Below, one piece after another: positions 60,078 through 64,000 of a stretch of 64,000 nucleotides of DNA (its first letter is position 1; each line of letters opens with the position of its first letter). The notes under the pieces were generated by a model. It was not told the DNA's origin. It worked only from the letters and a program-made list of their open reading frames with translations, and did not search any database. The stretch comes from Nageia nagi (lineage: Eukaryota; Plantae; Pinophyta), in assembly GCA_050084985.1 (NCBI GenBank), contig JBITNC010000001.1, positions 25,792,001-25,856,000 on the forward strand, in the 5' to 3' direction. A program made the translations under genes and the position numbers.

Positions 60078-62252
60078 CTTATCCATGCTCTAGGCACTTG
60101 GGTTTGACTCTATTTTTCTTCAATCGGTCTGAATGTTGTTTCGAGATGGCTCTGTTGTTCTTACTATGAATGGTGTTCGGTCCCCTTGCATTACCCTTGC
60201 CAGCTTTATCCGTCAAGGCTGCCCTTTAGTCCCTTCCCTGTTTATTTTAGTTGTTGATGCTTTTGGTTATCTTTTGGCACATAAAGCTTAGTAGGTTGTG
60301 ATTCGAGGAATTGCTTTACCGAACTCTCCATTGCAGCTCATTAATGGCCATTTTGTTAATGACTCTTTTTTAACTCTTCTTGAAGATGAGCAATGTGTTC
60401 AATCGACTTTAGAGTATTTGAATATTTTTTGTTGTTCCTCTGGCTCCAATATTCAATGGAAGAAAACTTTCTACTTTAAACAGGCATCAACACCTATGCC
60501 TCAATGGCTTAGCCTCTTTCCCTAGAAATGGATTCAACCTAGTTAGGTGTTTAAATTTCTTAGTATTCCCTTTTCCTTTTAGGTTTCCCCTACTCAGCTT
60601 TGGAACTTTGTTATTTAGAAGATTGAAAAAAAACTCATGTATTGGACTACCAAACAGCTGTCTCTTGTGGGGAGGTACCAAATTTGCATGAAGATTTTAG
60701 CTTCTACTCATGTGTACTATTCCTCTTGTTGGGTCCCTTCTAAGGCATGTTACCAAAAACTAGACAAGCTTCTTAAAGATTTTATTTGGGCTTCGAATAG
60801 CCAAAAAAGAGGTTTCCATAGAGTGGCATGGGATATTATTGCCTTCCTCGTGTTGTTGGTGGAATGGGCATTTTTTATTACTAGAATCAAGGTTTTGCTT
60901 TGTGTGCCAAATGGATAATTAGAGTTGTAGAGGGTTATGAAGCCTGGAAGATTCTCATTTGGCATTATGTATCTATAGGCTTCCCATATGGCAGAAAATC
61001 TTGGAAAGGGTTAGACCTTCAAACCATTCTCACTGCTCAAGTCCCTATCAAGATTGTTGATTCTTTTGTTGTAAAGAGTATCTAGAAATATTGGGAAGCC
61101 CTCAAACCATGGCTTTAGTGGAATGGGAAGCAGGTTTCATCAAGGGCCTCTCTATCTTTACTAAATGTTTGGTGGTCTCTTGTTCTCAAATTCGACGGAT
61201 TGCCTTTGGAAAATATTCAATGGGTCAAAGCCCTTCGATTCCATAGGAAGGGAATTAACTCTTTCCAATAATTTTTTTTTTCAAACCAAGCATTGGTTGC
61301 CTTGGGAACAATTTTGCAACAAGTTCAATTTGCATGTAGATGATAAAGCTACCTTTGAGGTCGTCCTTGACAAAACCCCATTTTCTGTTTGGAGGAAATT
61401 GGGATGATATTTTCAGAAGCCTTGGTGGGATGATTGGCGTTGGCCTAAGAATATCCATCTTCAGAAGTTTAAACCCAAATTAGGTTATCTTTGGTTATCT
61501 CCTAATGTCCCTATGTTTGAGCATTTGAACAATCATTGGGATCTTATTTCCACCCAGTCTATATGGAGTTTACAATTTTCTATAATCTAGGCTCGATACC
61601 TTGACCCTAAACAAACTTTTTTTGCATGGATCATGTTGCATCAAGGCTTACCTGTTGGCCACAGGTTTCAATATTTGGGGGTGGCCAACCCAATTTGTAC
61701 TTTTTGTGGGGAACCTGATAGTTTTACTCATGTCTTCTGGTCTTGTTCTAAAGTCTTAACCGCTTAGAGTTGGATTCTTTCCTTCTTTCAATGTTTTATG
61801 GTTACTCCATGTTCCCAGGTTCATGTGTTATTAGGAGACCCTATTCAATTATCTAAAGCCTTGGGAGAAATTTGGCATATTTTTTAGCTCATTATTTTAT
61901 ATCATCTTTGGAAGGTCAAGAATGATATTGTTTTTACTCGATAGGAAGCTACATCTTCCTTTTCTTTAGCGAACAAATATGTTATTTTCTACGAATGCTA
62001 GCTAGAGATTATTGTTCAAGTTGAGAAAGTGAACGTGTAGATTCAGCATCTGTGAAACTTACTTGATTATTGGGGGAATGCACCCTGCTCCATCAGTCGA
62101 GTTCCTCCAAAATGAATTCCTAACCTAGAGTTAGTTTAAAGGGGATATTTTTTGGTTTATCTGTTTTGCTTTCTCACAGGGTGTGCTTAATTCCACCCAC
62201 CCCTTTTTTTCTATGAAAGAGATGTTATATTAATGGAAAGGTCTTTTCATTC
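60078..62252 (+). mobile_element. 5'-truncated L1 LINE, same family as 42128-47695
   Basis: 19-bp TSD AAAAAGAATAGAACCTTAT at 60059-60077 and 62253-62271; RQGCPL.P.LF, NGHFVNDSFL, KILASTHVYYSSCWVP colinear with the minus-strand copy. Confidence 0.93.
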
Positions 62253-64000
62253 AAAAAGAATAGAACCTTATATATGACAAGAGAACAATTATATAGTTCA
62301 TCTTCAAAATATATGATTCAACAAACAAATATCCATTGTCTTGGTTGAATAATGTAATAAAGAAAATCTTAGCTTCTATCTTCTTCAAAAACTTTTCATC
62401 AAAAAGGGGAGACAAATGAGCAACATGATATCGTAAGTAACAAAAGGCAAAGAGGCCCTCAAAAATTATTTTACAAATGTAGCCTTAATTCTAGTGAGTT
62501 ATGGAATTAAATTCTCCTAATATTTAAAGTTGCAAAGTATATTGTGTTAGTAGATATGTATATAAATATTTAAGACAAATTAGAGTATACAACTTACACA
62601 TTTTCAATCATAATTAAGTGATGTAAATATAATATATTAGATGTTATCTTCTATGCAACAAAGGTTGAAAAAGTATGTATTTATTTATTTATTTATTATG
62701 TGGTTCATATTAATGATTACATAACTATATTCATTAAAAAATATATAGTATTATAAAGGACGATAAGTTATCTAGTATTAAAATTTGAACAAAGATGAGG
62801 AACGAAAGTGATCATCAATTATAAGAAAATTGCGACGACTACAAGGGAATTACAATGAAACCTTAGCTATAACAACAACAATGTCGAAGCAACAAGTTGT
62901 TGCTTGCACATGGGAGAGGGTTGGAGAAGTTGTAAGTGGTAATGATGATAGCGACCCAAGAGAGGGAGGAGATGTAAGAGATGGAGGAGCCACTAAAGGA
63001 GGACAAAGTATAGGAGCATAGTGGAGACAAAAGGAACCCCTCATTGGAAAACTTAAAAGGAAAACCTAAGGGATGGTGGTGTTGGCTGACATATGGAAGG
63101 CAGATCTCGATGCCAAGATGGGGGAAAGGGCTCTAAGGGCCACAAAAAGCTCACATCCAATGCTCATGATGAAGGAGAGCTTGCGAGGTAAACCCTGAGG
63201 GGTGTTAGTTTGGGTCAATATCTAGATGACGAGTCTCCGAGCCATGGTGGAGGAGCAAATGACATTTATAAAGGAAGAGCAAGTGTTGCAAACAATGTTC
63301 TAGAGTAAGACAAATAAGTGAGGAATAGCCACAGTAGACACTTTACTTGGATTCCTTCTTTGTTTTCTTCAAATGTGGAAGGTCGCAATTGGAATGATAC
63401 CTACAATTTTCGTAGGCTATAAAATAAGCATTGTACAGTACCTAAATGTGCTTTTGGACTACAAATGACTTTTGTTGACTCATTCAATGAAAACCCTTGG
63501 CTATGTGAAGTCAAAAGTAGGGCCTCATACCCTAATTTTTGTTCCTATTATAAATGCCTTATTGTTTCATGAAAATTCTAAGGAACAAGATCTTTATGGA
63601 AATTCCAAGGAGGGCATTTTTTTTTAATATTTTTAGCCCTATTTCAAACATAGCGTTGGGCATTGGTAGCGTTCTCTCTTTCTAGCCATTTTTGGGGGAG
63701 AATCCTTTGGAGCCTTTCATCCTCTATTTTTTAATCAAATGAAGATTTAGATAGTTCTATCTCTATGGAGTAGAACATTAGTTTTCAATGACAAGAATCT
63801 TTTTTGAGATTATGTTTCAAATTTCTAAAAGAATCCTTCAATGAGAGGGTAAATTTTAGTTTGAATTGTTTAAAAAAAGTCAAATTTGTAAGCTTATGAT
63901 TGTCTTTTGAACTTATTATAATATCTTTGAGGACATTGTAAAAAAAATACCAAAATCTTTTTAAAAACACCCAAACTTCTTTCAACTTATCAAAAAAAAT

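Noticed and set aside
62750-63350. Possible minus-strand 3' fragment of the RTE-X-like LINE
   Set aside because: Only vague similarity to 28950-29250; no diagnostic motif.

Overview
AT-rich, CpG-depleted, transposon-dense land-plant nuclear DNA. The very long TE-filled introns and the TE families suggest a gymnosperm; this is an inference. One host gene is reconstructable: a 6-exon, minus-strand single-domain rhodanese/sulfurtransferase of the STR15(SEN1)/STR16 group (CDS 41810->7296, 189 aa, intact CQSGRR active-site loop, likely plastid transit peptide). Its last intron is 24.4 kb and holds a four-layer nest of LTR retroelements, each inserted into the LTR of the previous one and each with a recoverable target-site duplication (TSD). 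The same intron has an RTE-X-like LINE with a solo LTR and a candidate proximal alternative terminal exon with an AATAAA signal. Intron 1 contains a 3.5-kb solo LTR and a Penelope-like (GIY-YIG) remnant. Upstream of the gene lie a near-full-length L1 LINE ending ~320 bp from the ATG, a full-length Copia with an extra acidic reading frame in its leader, a gag-only non-autonomous LTR element, and a 5'-truncated L1 with a 19-bp TSD. No RNA genes or CRISPR arrays were found. Most ORF-track entries are spurious or TE fragments. All coordinates were read by eye and no database searches were run.
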